Shown piece after piece: positions 18,277 through 28,142 of a DNA stretch of 64,000 nt. The first letter of the stretch is position 1, and each line of letters starts with the position of its first letter. The position numbers and the translations under genes were made by a program. The DNA is taken from contig OZ241917.1 of NCBI GenBank assembly GCA_965203805.1, positions 352,001 through 416,000 on the forward strand, written 5' to 3'. The notes beneath the pieces were generated by a model. It searched no databases. It saw only the letters and a program-made list of their open reading frames with translations, and had not been told where the DNA came from. This DNA comes from Candidatus Latescibacterota bacterium. Its GTDB lineage: Bacteria > Latescibacterota > UBA2968 > GCA-2709665.

Positions 18277-19149
18277 ATGGAACACAGCGTTGAGGACGGT
18301 TGGTTCAGGATCGACGTGAACCTGCCGGCGTCCGCGTCGGATGCGGTTTCCGAACTACTGTTCCGCCTGGGAAGCTGCGGCCTGGAGGTGCAAAGTGGCG
18401 CCGCAGGCGGTAAGTCCGGACTGAAGGCATACTTTCCCGCTGAAAAACACAGCGTCCGCGTGGTTTCCGGCCTGTGGAGCGGACTGGTATCGACGTTCGG
18501 AGATCTGCGGTCCGTGCGCGTGGAAGTGGCGGAGGTTCCGCCGGAGGATTGGGCGTCGTCGTGGAAGTCCCGTTTCCGGCCCGTTTACCCGGTTCCGGCG
18601 GTTGCGGTCTGTCCGCCCTGGGAACGCGTCGACGATCCGGAAGGCGGGTTTACGCTGGTCATCGAACCGAAGACGGCCTTTGGAACCGGTCACCACGAAA
18701 CGACACGGCTGGCGCTGAAGATGATGCACGCTGTCGTGAAACCGGGCGACACGGTATTGGACGTGGGCACGGGCTCAGGGATCCTGAGTCTCGCCGCGGC
18801 CGGGCTCGGCGCTGCGCGGGTGACGGGCATCGACGTCGATCCGACGGCCGTTCAGAATGCCCGGGCGAATATGAGCCTGAATGAGATTGCCGGCGACGTG
18901 GCATTCCGCGTGGGTACCGTTGAAGGCGTTACCGGTGATTTCGACGTTGTCGTGGCCAATATCGACAGCCGGACGTTGCGCCCGTTGCTGCCCTCGCTGG
19001 CCTCACGCGTGGCGGCGTGCGGCAATCTGATCCTGGGGGGCGTGCAGGTTCGGGAACGGGCGACGTTTCTGAAGGCACTACGGCCGGCCGGTCTAAGGGT
19101 GGTGGAGGTCCTGGACGAGAACGAGTGGCTGGGCATTCGGGCGGCGTGA
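18277..19149 (+). CDS. prmA: Ribosomal protein L11 methyltransferase
   Basis: DW..SWK..F.P, P..AFGTG.H.TT, VLDVGTGSGIL, VANI motifs. Confidence 0.93.
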   Translation: MEHSVEDGWFRIDVNLPASASDAVSELLFRLGSCGLEVQSGAAGGKSGLKAYFPAEKHSVRVVSGLWSGLVSTFGDLRSVRVEVAEVPPEDWASSWKSRFRPVYPVPAVAVCPPWERVDDPEGGFTLVIEPKTAFGTGHHETTRLALKMMHAVVKPGDTVLDVGTGSGILSLAAAGLGAARVTGIDVDPTAVQNARANMSLNEIAGDVAFRVGTVEGVTGDFDVVVANIDSRTLRPLLPSLASRVAACGNLILGGVQVRERATFLKALRPAGLRVVEVLDENEWLGIRAA

Positions 19150-19176
19150 CAGCTTCCGGTTTTTATCCGCGCAGCG

Positions 19177-20295
19177 TTAGCCGTCGGCCAGTTTGAGCAT
19201 TTTTTCTGTCGATTTGAGTCCGTGTCCCGTGAGTGGCGCAACAATACACTCGTCAACGGACGCCGTGAATTTACCGAAGGCCGCGATGGCGGTTGCCGAG
19301 GTGGGTTCGGCGTAAAGGCCCTGGTTGCAGATTTTCAGCAGGGCTTTTTCAATTTCGTGGTCGGTCACGGAAACAACTTCGCCGCCGGTCTCCCGAACGA
19401 TGTCGAGGATCTGCGAAGCGCGCGTGGGTTCGGCAATGGCAATTCCCTCGGCAACGGTATCCCCGGAGGACGCAGGGGGAATTTCTGGGAGTTGATCCCG
19501 CCACATCCGGTAGATGGGGGCGCAGCCCGCGGCCTGCACGGCGATCATTCTGGGTAGCCTGGCGATCAGGCCGTTCTTCAGGAGGTCCTGGAATCCAAGA
19601 AAGGCGCCGATCAGCAGGGTGCCGTGCCCGGTGGGGACAATCAGGGCATCCGGCGCCGTGAAACCGAGTTGCTCCCAGATCTCAAATGCGTATGTCTTGG
19701 TCCCCTGAAAGAAAAACGGGTTCCAGACGTGGCTTGCATAGAAGTGGCGTTCGGCCGCATCCATTGCCGCACGCGCCGTGGCTTCCCTGGTGCCGGGAAC
19801 ACGGATCAGCTTTGCGCCGTAGAGTCGTATTTGCGCGAGTTTACCGGGTGAAGTGGACTCGGGGACGAATATTTCACACGCCATACCCGCCTTTGCCGCG
19901 TACGCGGCGACGGCGGCGCCGGCGTTGCCGGAGGAATCCTCCACGACTCTTTCGACACCCAGCTCGAGCGCGCGACTGATGAGTACGGATGCGCCGCGGT
20001 CCTTGAAGGAACCCGTGGGGAAGAGGTTCTCCTGCTTTAAGGTAAGGAGTCGGCCGTCGATCCGCACCTGAATTAGCGGCGTAAATCCTTCGTTGAATGA
20101 GACGACGTGGTGATCCGCGCTGACCGGCAGCGCTTCCCGATATCGCCACATTCCGGGAGGCCTGCCGGCAATCCGGCGCGTGTCGATGGCGCCCTCGAAA
20201 TCGACGTCGAGGGGCGCGCCGCAGACGCATCTCCAGCGTCCGGTCGCTTCGGGATGAATGGCGCCGCATGCCCGGCACACCATCTGCACTGTCAT
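19177..20295 (-). CDS. thrC: Threonine synthase-like PLP enzyme
   Basis: EG.TPL, PTGSFKDRG, SSGNAG, PTG.GTL, EPTSA, LTG.GLK motifs; N-terminal Cys ribbon. Confidence 0.82.
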   Translation of the reverse strand: MTVQMVCRACGAIHPEATGRWRCVCGAPLDVDFEGAIDTRRIAGRPPGMWRYREALPVSADHHVVSFNEGFTPLIQVRIDGRLLTLKQENLFPTGSFKDRGASVLISRALELGVERVVEDSSGNAGAAVAAYAAKAGMACEIFVPESTSPGKLAQIRLYGAKLIRVPGTREATARAAMDAAERHFYASHVWNPFFFQGTKTYAFEIWEQLGFTAPDALIVPTGHGTLLIGAFLGFQDLLKNGLIARLPRMIAVQAAGCAPIYRMWRDQLPEIPPASSGDTVAEGIAIAEPTRASQILDIVRETGGEVVSVTDHEIEKALLKICNQGLYAEPTSATAIAAFGKFTASVDECIVAPLTGHGLKSTEKMLKLADG

Positions 20296-21080
20296 CGCTG
20301 GACTCTTCCTTTCAGCATGCGTGAGGTGATGGCGATCGCCGTGCGGCGCGGGATGAACCTTCCCGTGAAATTGAGCATCCTGTTGACGCGTCCATGGATC
20401 ACGGATGGCCTTTTTCCAAGGCTCCTCAAAGCCAGGGCCACGACGGCATCGGGCGCGGCCTCTCTGAGGCCGCTCGCATCCTTCATGCGGGCGACGCGGG
20501 TGAATTCGGTTCTTGTAAAGCCGGGCGAGAGCGACAGCACGTCGATGCCTTCATTTCTGTATTCCTTCCAGAGGGATTCGCCCATCAGAAGATTGAAGGC
20601 TTTCGTGGCGCCGTAGACGCCGAGATACGGGGTCGCCTGGTACGCGGCGGTCGATGCGAGAAAGATCAGCCCGCCGCGACCTCTCTCGAGCATACGGGGC
20701 AGGTAGTGGTTGGTGAGCTGTACCGGCACGACGCAGTTCAGCACGGTCATGTTTACGACGCGGCCGGGATCCAGGTCCGTGTAAGCGCCGGAGAGGCCGA
20801 AACCGGCGTTGTTGACCAGCAGCCCGACTTCAAGGTCGCCGGTCCGGTCTTCGATCCGCGAGCAGGCGTTGCGGTCCGTCAGGTCTACGGATACGACCCG
20901 CGTCTGTACGCCGTGAGCCCGTCGGACGCCGTCGGCCAGCGCCTCCATTCGTTCCGCCCGGCGGGCGACGAGCGCCACGTTCAGACCCATGGCTGCGATC
21001 TGCTTCGCGAATTCGGCCCCAAGGCCGGATGACGCGCCGGTGACCACGGCCCATTCGCCATATTTCTCCCGCCATCTCAA
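20292..21080 (-). CDS. SDR family oxidoreductase
   Basis: TGASSGLG, NNAG, YGATK. Confidence 0.92.
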   Translation of the reverse strand: MRWREKYGEWAVVTGASSGLGAEFAKQIAAMGLNVALVARRAERMEALADGVRRAHGVQTRVVSVDLTDRNACSRIEDRTGDLEVGLLVNNAGFGLSGAYTDLDPGRVVNMTVLNCVVPVQLTNHYLPRMLERGRGGLIFLASTAAYQATPYLGVYGATKAFNLLMGESLWKEYRNEGIDVLSLSPGFTRTEFTRVARMKDASGLREAAPDAVVALALRSLGKRPSVIHGRVNRMLNFTGRFIPRRTAIAITSRMLKGRVQR

Positions 21081-21163
21081 GTGTACTCCTCCTCAATAGC
21101 CAGTTGGACCAATGCCGTGACAGAACTCGCGAAACCGGGTCGGATATCTTCCATTGGGACCGA

Positions 21164-22015
21164 CTAGCATTTCAGCGCGGATTCGGCCAACGCGTTCGTA
21201 TCGGTCACCATCCCGGCCCATGCGCTGTCGGTATAGTCGGGACCGAAGTCGAAGGGCGGGGTTTCGATGCACATGGTACGTTCGTAGCCGATGTGCGCGG
21301 CATGCCGGAAGAATTCACGCCAATCCACTCTGCCGTGGCCGGGGGCGAGATGGGAATCGCGGTCGCCCGCGTTGTCCGCCAGATGAAAGGCGACGATTCG
21401 GGGTCCCATCACCTCAAAGAAGCGGTGCGCATTTCCACGGCCGGCAACCAGCGCGTGGCCGGTGTCCAGGCAGAACCCGAGGTTGGGATGGGCGAAGTCC
21501 CTGATGATCCGCTCGAAATGTTCCGGCCTGGACGTGAAACGACCGCCGTCGGAAGGCAGCATATTCTCCAGGGCGATCGTGAAGTCGAGGGCTTCAGCCT
21601 CCCGCAGCAGCGTGTCGAGGCTCTTTCCGATCTGGCGGAAATAGGTCTCGAGGCCCTCCACGTCGGCGTTCGTCCGATTGGTCGTTGGATGCTGGATGCC
21701 AACGGTGGCCCCGAGCAGCGACGCTTTTCCCATCCAGAATCGCATGTTGTCCACGGCCCGCCGGCGTGTCGTCTCATAGAAGGAAGCGATGTCGTCGTCG
21801 GCAGAAAAGGGCAGATGAAACGTCTCGATGCAGAGGCCCGCGTCACGATAGCTGTCGCCCAGCATTTGGAGTTCGGTTTCCGGCTTTCCTTCAAAGAGCG
21901 GCGGTGAGCCTTCGATGCCCGCCAGACCCGCGAAGCGACAGGTTTCCACGATCTCATCGTGGGACTTCCCGGCCAGCGTATAACCTGTCGTGGTCCACGT
22001 CCATGCCTTTCGCAT
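21164..22015 (-). CDS. Sugar phosphate isomerase/epimerase
   Basis: ALENM, CLDTGH, HLADN.G..D.HL.PG.G motifs. Confidence 0.88.
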   Translation of the reverse strand: MRKAWTWTTTGYTLAGKSHDEIVETCRFAGLAGIEGSPPLFEGKPETELQMLGDSYRDAGLCIETFHLPFSADDDIASFYETTRRRAVDNMRFWMGKASLLGATVGIQHPTTNRTNADVEGLETYFRQIGKSLDTLLREAEALDFTIALENMLPSDGGRFTSRPEHFERIIRDFAHPNLGFCLDTGHALVAGRGNAHRFFEVMGPRIVAFHLADNAGDRDSHLAPGHGRVDWREFFRHAAHIGYERTMCIETPPFDFGPDYTDSAWAGMVTDTNALAESALKC

Positions 22016-22091
22016 GATGGTTTCCTTCCTGAATGCGTGAAACGCGTGTGATTGTGGGCCAACTCCAATGGTCGGCCGCTACAACGGACTG

Positions 22092-22868
22092 CTACGCCTT
22101 TGCCGCCTGCGCCCGTTTTGCCTCCCAGCGATCGTACCAGTCCAGCAGTTGGGGCGTTGGCGCGAAGTCGTGTATGGTCACCCGTTTGCGTCCGGGCAGA
22201 TAATTGCCGATATGCCATCCGTTGGGATGGTAGAGCGCGAAATCACCCGCGTCCATATACAGCCGCTCCGAACGCGGCATCGCCTGAGTATACTCCAGAC
22301 ACGCGCGTTCCCGTGCTTCGTACGGTACGTCTTCCGGAGGCAGGGGAGCCCCGGCCGCCTCTGTTTCGTCGGGCAGATCGTCTCGCAGGTAGCTTCCCGG
22401 CACATACCACGTGCAGTTGTCCTCGTAGAGCGGGCAGTTGATCTGGTTGAACCAGAGCGGATCGTGGTTCACGCGGCGAAACTCCTCCACGTCTGGTACG
22501 TTGGATGTTTCCCGAAGGTCCCGGTGCCAACGGGTGCACCAGGGCTGGTCCCCTGGCTCCAGCAACAGCCCCATTCGCTTGAGTTCGCTATTGGCGATTC
22601 TGTGCTCGGGGGTGAGCACCCTGCTGACGGCGTCAACCAGCGGGGGAAATTCCGCATAGTCGTGAAACGGCCGCATATCGATATCGTAATTGGCAATGGG
22701 CTGGAGGCGCTGAGCCTGCGGGCCCCGTTTTTCACGGGCACAGACGTGCGCCTTCGCCGCGGCACGACGCAGGTCGCCGATGAGCGACGGCGGCAGGATC
22801 TGCCGAAAGATCACGCAACCCCTTGCTCGGTAGTCGTGGATCATCGAGTCCTGGAATCTGAATCCCAT
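22092..22868 (-). CDS. Phytanoyl-CoA dioxygenase family (Fe/2OG) protein
   Basis: WHRD, VPGS, GD......WH.G......R motifs; GAAGGAGG RBS before ATG 22868. Confidence 0.82.
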   Translation of the reverse strand: MGFRFQDSMIHDYRARGCVIFRQILPPSLIGDLRRAAAKAHVCAREKRGPQAQRLQPIANYDIDMRPFHDYAEFPPLVDAVSRVLTPEHRIANSELKRMGLLLEPGDQPWCTRWHRDLRETSNVPDVEEFRRVNHDPLWFNQINCPLYEDNCTWYVPGSYLRDDLPDETEAAGAPLPPEDVPYEARERACLEYTQAMPRSERLYMDAGDFALYHPNGWHIGNYLPGRKRVTIHDFAPTPQLLDWYDRWEAKRAQAAKA

Positions 22869-22878
22869 TGCGCCTCCT

Positions 22879-23439
22879 TCACGACACCTTCCTGACGCCA
22901 TCTCCCACCCGAACCGTGCCCGGCCGGACCACGCTCGCATTGAGACCGCGAAGCCGGAGCCGCTTTCCCGCGAGTGAGTTGACGAACTTCATCGCATCCG
23001 CGCCAAAACGGGATACGAATTTGCGGCAGCCGGTATGGGGTTGCTCGGAAATCCGGATCACAGCACCGCCGATCGCCAGCCGGGTACCCGCCGGCAGATT
23101 TTCTTCGCTCAGATCCAGGTCCACGTACAACTGGTCTCCGGCGAGTTGCCAGCGGCTGTCGTCCTGCGCAACCAGGGCGGCGCACCGGGCGTTCATAACG
23201 TTGAGTTGCATGTCGGGGTTTGCGGATCCGTCGGGGGTGCTGGAACTACCGCGGGTCTTCCAGTTGTCGCCGACAAGTCCCTCTGCCGGGTGCAGTTCGC
23301 CTTCGGCGAGGACCTCACGCTGGTCGGTTGCCGGCCGCCGCACGATCAATTTCAGGACGCCCGCGTCGTCCGGTGAATTTCGCACATGGCCCAGTCCCGC
23401 TTCGAGTTCTTTCATTGTGAGGTGTCTTGCGTCGTCCAT
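22879..23439 (-). CDS. MOSC domain protein
   Basis: GL.GD.W, GDQL.VDLDLS..NLP.GTRL.IG, PH.GC.KF, RG.NA.V...G motifs. Confidence 0.88.
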   Translation of the reverse strand: MDDARHLTMKELEAGLGHVRNSPDDAGVLKLIVRRPATDQREVLAEGELHPAEGLVGDNWKTRGSSSTPDGSANPDMQLNVMNARCAALVAQDDSRWQLAGDQLYVDLDLSEENLPAGTRLAIGGAVIRISEQPHTGCRKFVSRFGADAMKFVNSLAGKRLRLRGLNASVVRPGTVRVGDGVRKVS

Positions 23440-23543
23440 ATCCGCCCTCCGTTTTCGAGTTTCACAACAGTTGGAATAATGCCGTCCCGCGCGGACTGCC
23501 CCCGGTCCGGCTTCGCGCGGCAATGCTGTTCCCGGACAATCTT

Positions 23544-24230
23544 TCAGGTTGGAGACGCAGGCCAGTCGAACCCGTAGCCGACCCCTCTAACCGTGGAAAT
23601 GACGCCGTTGAAGCCGGTCAACTTCGCCCGAAGCCGCGCCACGTGGACGTCGACGGTGCGCATGCCGCCGTGATAATCGTAACCCCAGATGCGGTCAAGC
23701 AAGTCCGAACGGGTGAAGACGCGTCCCCGGTGGACGACAAGGTACTTCAATAGCTCGTACTCCTTCAGCGTCAGGTCGACGAGCGCCCCGCCGATCCTGA
23801 CTTCGTACCGGGCCAGGTTGATGACCAGGTCGTCCAGCCGGATCGCATCCCGTTGGTCCCCGCGTCCGAGGATGAGTCGCAGGCGGGTTTCCAGTTGCCC
23901 GGGGGAGTAGGGACGGGTGATGAAGTCGGTTATTCCGGCGGAGAAGTCGAGGTTCGAGACGCGAGCTTCGTCGGTGATCAGCAGCAGTGGCGTGTTTCGT
24001 GCGCCCGGAGACCGGAGCAGGCGTTGAACGCGATCAGGCAGTTCGCCGGGGAACGTCTCGTCGTCGACGACAATCAGATCAGCGGGATTGCCCGGCACGC
24101 TGGGGGCATCGGGCATGACCGTGAAATCCGGGTTCCAGGCCGGGCGAGTCACGGTATGACCGATCGATTCCAGGTCTGACTTGAGTTGTCTGCCCTGTGT
24201 CTCGCCGGCAAGCAGCAGGATGTGGGACAT
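23544..24230 (-). CDS. OmpR-family response regulator with atypical receiver (GlnR-like)
   Basis: Winged helix LT.KEYELL..L, RTVDVH..RLR.KL, TVRGVGY; receiver lacks the beta1 acidic pair and has R for the conserved K. Confidence 0.88.
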   Translation of the reverse strand: MSHILLLAGETQGRQLKSDLESIGHTVTRPAWNPDFTVMPDAPSVPGNPADLIVVDDETFPGELPDRVQRLLRSPGARNTPLLLITDEARVSNLDFSAGITDFITRPYSPGQLETRLRLILGRGDQRDAIRLDDLVINLARYEVRIGGALVDLTLKEYELLKYLVVHRGRVFTRSDLLDRIWGYDYHGGMRTVDVHVARLRAKLTGFNGVISTVRGVGYGFDWPASPT

Positions 24231-24575
24231 AGATTCGGCGTGGCGTCTCGGCGCGGTTGCATGTTGGCAACCATTCCGGCTATGAAACCAGCGGTCCGGT
24301 CCGCTTCGTCCCGCTGGTGGTGGGACCTGCAGGCCGAGGGCGGAAAACTACAGTTGGCGGCGCGGTCTTGTCAAGTCCTATCTCAGCACCCTGAAACACC
24401 GGACTTTTGGGACACGCGGCGGTGAAGACGAGACTTTCTGCTGCCGTTGCGACGCAATGTACACAAAGAAGAAGGCCGAAGCGGCTCGCGGCCCCGGCCC
24501 TCTGGCAGATAAAAATATAACAAGAACCGCAATCGAAGTCAACAAAAATAAATCCTTTAAAAACATAATATTAAA

Positions 24576-24604
24576 TTGACTTTTTCAATTTCATTTCGTA
24601 TTTT
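24576..24604 (+). promoter_or_regulatory. Sigma70-type promoter with AT-rich upstream tract
   Basis: TTGACT-17-TATTTT preceded by an A/T-rich UP-like region. Confidence 0.6.
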
Positions 24605-24686
24605 CGGTCGTAGAGGAGTCGTTTCTTTTCCTGCCCTTCAATTCCGGCGGTTGCTTTAGAGAGCGTTCCGTGTTTGCGGACAAGGG

Positions 24687-25691
24687 GTGTCAATGGATCG
24701 GAAGCCGGTCATTCGCGAGCAGAAGCCATGTGCGGTCTGCGGAGCGGCGATTCCGGAGGATCGCAGGGCGGTCATGCCCGGCGCGTCGACGTGTGTGAAA
24801 TGCCAGGAGGAGCGGGAACTGGCGAACGGGACGGACGACGTTCGAGAGGGGATCTCCGGCACGTCGGCGTCCGCTGAACCGGGTTCGGTGGAAGTCAGGG
24901 GGAATCTGGTTCTGTCGGGAAATTGGTCCGGTAATCTGATGGACCTGATCGGGCGTGAAAGCGAGTTCAGGCAGTTGTTGGCGTCCGGCGACGTCGAGCG
25001 GGTGCGATCGCTGATGCAGGCGCTCCCCGTGGAGGAGCAGGCCGCGCTGGTGGCGATGAGCGACGCACCGGAGGAGATGCTCTCGATGACCGGCGCCGAT
25101 CGTTCCGGCGTACCCGGGTACAGCCACAGGGTGGTGGAGCTTCTGCCCGCCGAGACCCTGGGCAGTCTGGTTTCGGTAAATCCGGATGAATGGAAGTTCA
25201 ACACGGAACTGATCCGGGCGATGTCACCGGGTGTTCTGCGTCGCACGATGGCGGAAACCCTGGACAGTGTGGACAATCCCGCATTGCGCACCCTCGTGTC
25301 CTGGGAGTGGCTGAAGGCCCTTGCGACGCTCAAGGAGTTCGACCGACGGGCAGCGTTGCTGCGCGCCGTGGACCCTTCGCTTCTCGAGGATGCGTTGCTG
25401 GACCGCATGGATGATCTGAATCTGAATGAGATCGTCGGGCCGCCTGGTTTTCAGGTCTATCGTTTCAGGCTGTTTTCTACGGAAGGGCTGGGCGGGATCC
25501 GCCCGAGCGCGTTTATCGACGATCCGGAGACCGGCATCGTTCTCGACGCGCTGTATGAAGCCGCACCCGCGCTGCTTTCCCGTGTGATTCGGGGAGCGTG
25601 GGAACGGTCCGAAGACGAGAAGGGGGAAGACGCGGAACCGTCGCAGCAACGGGAGAAGAATCAAGCGGACACCGGGGGGCCAGACCAGTGA
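24687..25691 (+). CDS. TraR/DksA C4 zinc finger fused to an unknown helical domain
   Basis: CAVCGAAIPEDRRAVMPGASTCVKCQ at the N-terminus, then about 280 aa unassigned. Confidence 0.8.
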   Translation: MSMDRKPVIREQKPCAVCGAAIPEDRRAVMPGASTCVKCQEERELANGTDDVREGISGTSASAEPGSVEVRGNLVLSGNWSGNLMDLIGRESEFRQLLASGDVERVRSLMQALPVEEQAALVAMSDAPEEMLSMTGADRSGVPGYSHRVVELLPAETLGSLVSVNPDEWKFNTELIRAMSPGVLRRTMAETLDSVDNPALRTLVSWEWLKALATLKEFDRRAALLRAVDPSLLEDALLDRMDDLNLNEIVGPPGFQVYRFRLFSTEGLGGIRPSAFIDDPETGIVLDALYEAAPALLSRVIRGAWERSEDEKGEDAEPSQQREKNQADTGGPDQ

Positions 25692-26590
25692 ACCCTTTGG
25701 CGGTTGTCGACCTGGAGGGGCTCAGGCTCGATTCGGAGGGCTTCTTGGGCCAGGCGATTGCGTTGGGCATGAAATATGACAGACTCCCACAGCACGCCCC
25801 CGACGTACTGCTGGCTTATTTGCGAACCGAAGGCGCCAGGTTTGGCCGGCGGTACCGGACCGGGATCGCCGTCTCGCGAGATGTCCTGGTTCAGGGCGTG
25901 CGCCAGGCGCTGGTCAGCCTGGAACTGGGCCTGACGGTCTCTGCGGGGAACGATCTCAACCGGGCCGTGGATCTGCTTGCAAAGCCGGAATTCGAGAAAA
26001 TACGCAAACGGGGCTGGGAGGAAGCGTACGTGCGTCTGGAGGAGATGAGACGGGTCTGCCGCTCGATTTCGGGAAGGCCGGAGGCGCATCTCCTGCAGGA
26101 TTGCGGCTGGCAGATCGATCGCTGGTCCCGGGTCGTACCGGAGACATGGACGGTTTCCGGCGCGGAGGACGACGAGGTCGCGGAAGTGGACCCGCTGCAG
26201 GATTACCCGCAGTTTCTGGCGCTGCGCGCCAGGTTGAGCTTTATGCGGCTTCTGCCATCGCGCGTCCTGCGGCCATTTGCCGCGGCGGTAGACGAGTGCG
26301 GATTCCGTGATTTCCTGCGGCACCTCGTTCTGGCGCTGGCGCTGGAACGGGATAGACTCGTCCCGGATGCATCTGCCACTGTTGCCTTCGAGTCCGAATG
26401 TTTCGGTTCCGAAGGGATGGCGCCGTGGGCGCGGGACAAGGTGATGAGGAAGGTGGAGGAAATGGCGTGCGACGCGGTGGACGATTCCAATCTGCGGATG
26501 CTGCTTGTTCAGGACGTGGCAGCGGAGATCGATTGCCTGGAGGAACTCGCGGCCGGTTCGCTTGCGGACCACTTCGTCTCTGATGCCTGA
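25688..26590 (+). CDS. Hypothetical protein (possibly DUF6178-related)
   Basis: GTGA start/stop overlap with the upstream gene; L.LGL....G.D...A..LL....F......GW pattern recalls DUF6178 (from memory). Confidence 0.7.
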   Translation: MNPLAVVDLEGLRLDSEGFLGQAIALGMKYDRLPQHAPDVLLAYLRTEGARFGRRYRTGIAVSRDVLVQGVRQALVSLELGLTVSAGNDLNRAVDLLAKPEFEKIRKRGWEEAYVRLEEMRRVCRSISGRPEAHLLQDCGWQIDRWSRVVPETWTVSGAEDDEVAEVDPLQDYPQFLALRARLSFMRLLPSRVLRPFAAAVDECGFRDFLRHLVLALALERDRLVPDASATVAFESECFGSEGMAPWARDKVMRKVEEMACDAVDDSNLRMLLVQDVAAEIDCLEELAAGSLADHFVSDA

Positions 26591-26629
26591 ATCGGTCAGT
26601 TGGAGGCGTTGAAAGGGGCACATCCCGGT

Positions 26630-28129
26630 TCAGGATGCCGATTTTCCGAAATGCCTTGCGAGGACCAGGAAATCCGGGAAATTGACGTGTCCGTCCCGAT
26701 TCAGGTCGTATACAGGATCGAAGTCTGGCACGCCCTCCTGCCTTCCGAATTGCCGCGCAAACAGCAGGAAATCATTGAAGTCCACCTGCCCGCTGCCATC
26801 GAAATCGACGCTGACGATCGCCTCCCGCTCCCAGGTGCGCACCCTCCGCATGAACGCGAGCATCGCTTTCGAATCGACGAAATCATCACTCTCCAGTATC
26901 AGCACGTCTCTCCCGTCCTGCGAAACGGCAATGGATCCGGTGTCGGACGGATATTTGTACGTCTGCAATTCACGATAGGCATCCGCGAAGTCGTCCGCGT
27001 CCTCTTCCGTATCCCAACTCGTATACACCAGAAGCAGCAGGTCCCGTCCGTTCCGCGACCGGAAGACCATGTACCGGTCTCCGTTCCATCCCTGCGACGC
27101 CGGTTCTCCGCGGACCTCCATTTCAAACTCGGTAAAGATGATCCGCCACGTCAATTCTCCGATCGTATCCTCGTCCAGCAGCATCCATTCGTCGAACAGA
27201 CCCGATTCCTGAATCGGCGGCCACACCAACCGGTCCGGTTTTTCTTTGGTGATCCATTTTTCCGGATGCAGGATCTGTTCGGTGGAAACCGGCGGTTCCG
27301 AGTAGAGCTGATTCACGGTGTCCCATCCGTACCCCTGAATCTGGTGAACAAAGTCCATGCCGAAGATGTACACGATGGCCTGCTGCAGGATCATGAAATC
27401 AGGTAGCTTGTCGATTGTCTGCAGTTCCCGCGGCGAACTGCCCTGCAATCGTGCAACCAGCTTCATCTCTTCCCGGTTCGCCTCGACGTCAATCTGCATC
27501 TCTCTGCGGATCATGCTCTGCAGCAGCCCGCGTCCCGGCATCCGCCCGCTCTGGTTCTTAAGGTACCAGATGGTTTCGACGTACGTGGCCTCGCCCTCCA
27601 CGACCGCCTGTCGCGCGAGCACTTCGTCGGTATTCAACGAATCGACTTGCGCGGGCTGGTACCGGTTCAGATCGAAATGCTGGTCCTGCAGGCCATGACA
27701 GAGTTCGTGAGCCAGAACGACGTCCAGCAGTTCTGCAGGCAGGTTTTGTTTCAGGACGTGGAACTTGTCTGCGTCCGGATCGTAATATGCCAGCGCCCCG
27801 GCTTGCAGAAAGGAGAGCACGAGAGAGCGATCCAGGACAGGCTCTCCGTTGTACAACCCCAGTTTTCGAATAACCGGATCGTAATACGCCCACTCCATAG
27901 CGGACAATTGTTGATCCATCTGGCGTTCGGCGTACGCCTGAAACTCGGACGGGCTCTGTACCGCGACGTGGATAGACCCCTTGAACGGAAGCTCCCGGAT
28001 CTGTGAAACCTCGCCCTCGATTTCTCTGGCTCTGTGCCTGAGTTGCGCAAGATCCTGCGCCCTTGCCGGGACTTCCGAAAGGACGACTGCAAGAACAAGG
28101 AACGGTACCTGACGTTGGATGCGCCTCAT
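26630..28129 (-). CDS. Secreted putative zinc metalloprotease with C-terminal dockerin-like EF-hand pair
   Basis: Signal peptide; HELCHGLQDQ.F, EGEA, PP.STEQILHP, GW.GDR motifs; DFDGSGQVDFNDF and DLNRDGHVNFPDF. Confidence 0.85.
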   Translation of the reverse strand: MRRIQRQVPFLVLAVVLSEVPARAQDLAQLRHRAREIEGEVSQIRELPFKGSIHVAVQSPSEFQAYAERQMDQQLSAMEWAYYDPVIRKLGLYNGEPVLDRSLVLSFLQAGALAYYDPDADKFHVLKQNLPAELLDVVLAHELCHGLQDQHFDLNRYQPAQVDSLNTDEVLARQAVVEGEATYVETIWYLKNQSGRMPGRGLLQSMIRREMQIDVEANREEMKLVARLQGSSPRELQTIDKLPDFMILQQAIVYIFGMDFVHQIQGYGWDTVNQLYSEPPVSTEQILHPEKWITKEKPDRLVWPPIQESGLFDEWMLLDEDTIGELTWRIIFTEFEMEVRGEPASQGWNGDRYMVFRSRNGRDLLLLVYTSWDTEEDADDFADAYRELQTYKYPSDTGSIAVSQDGRDVLILESDDFVDSKAMLAFMRRVRTWEREAIVSVDFDGSGQVDFNDFLLFARQFGRQEGVPDFDPVYDLNRDGHVNFPDFLVLARHFGKSAS

Positions 28130-28142
28130 TCGGATCGTACCC

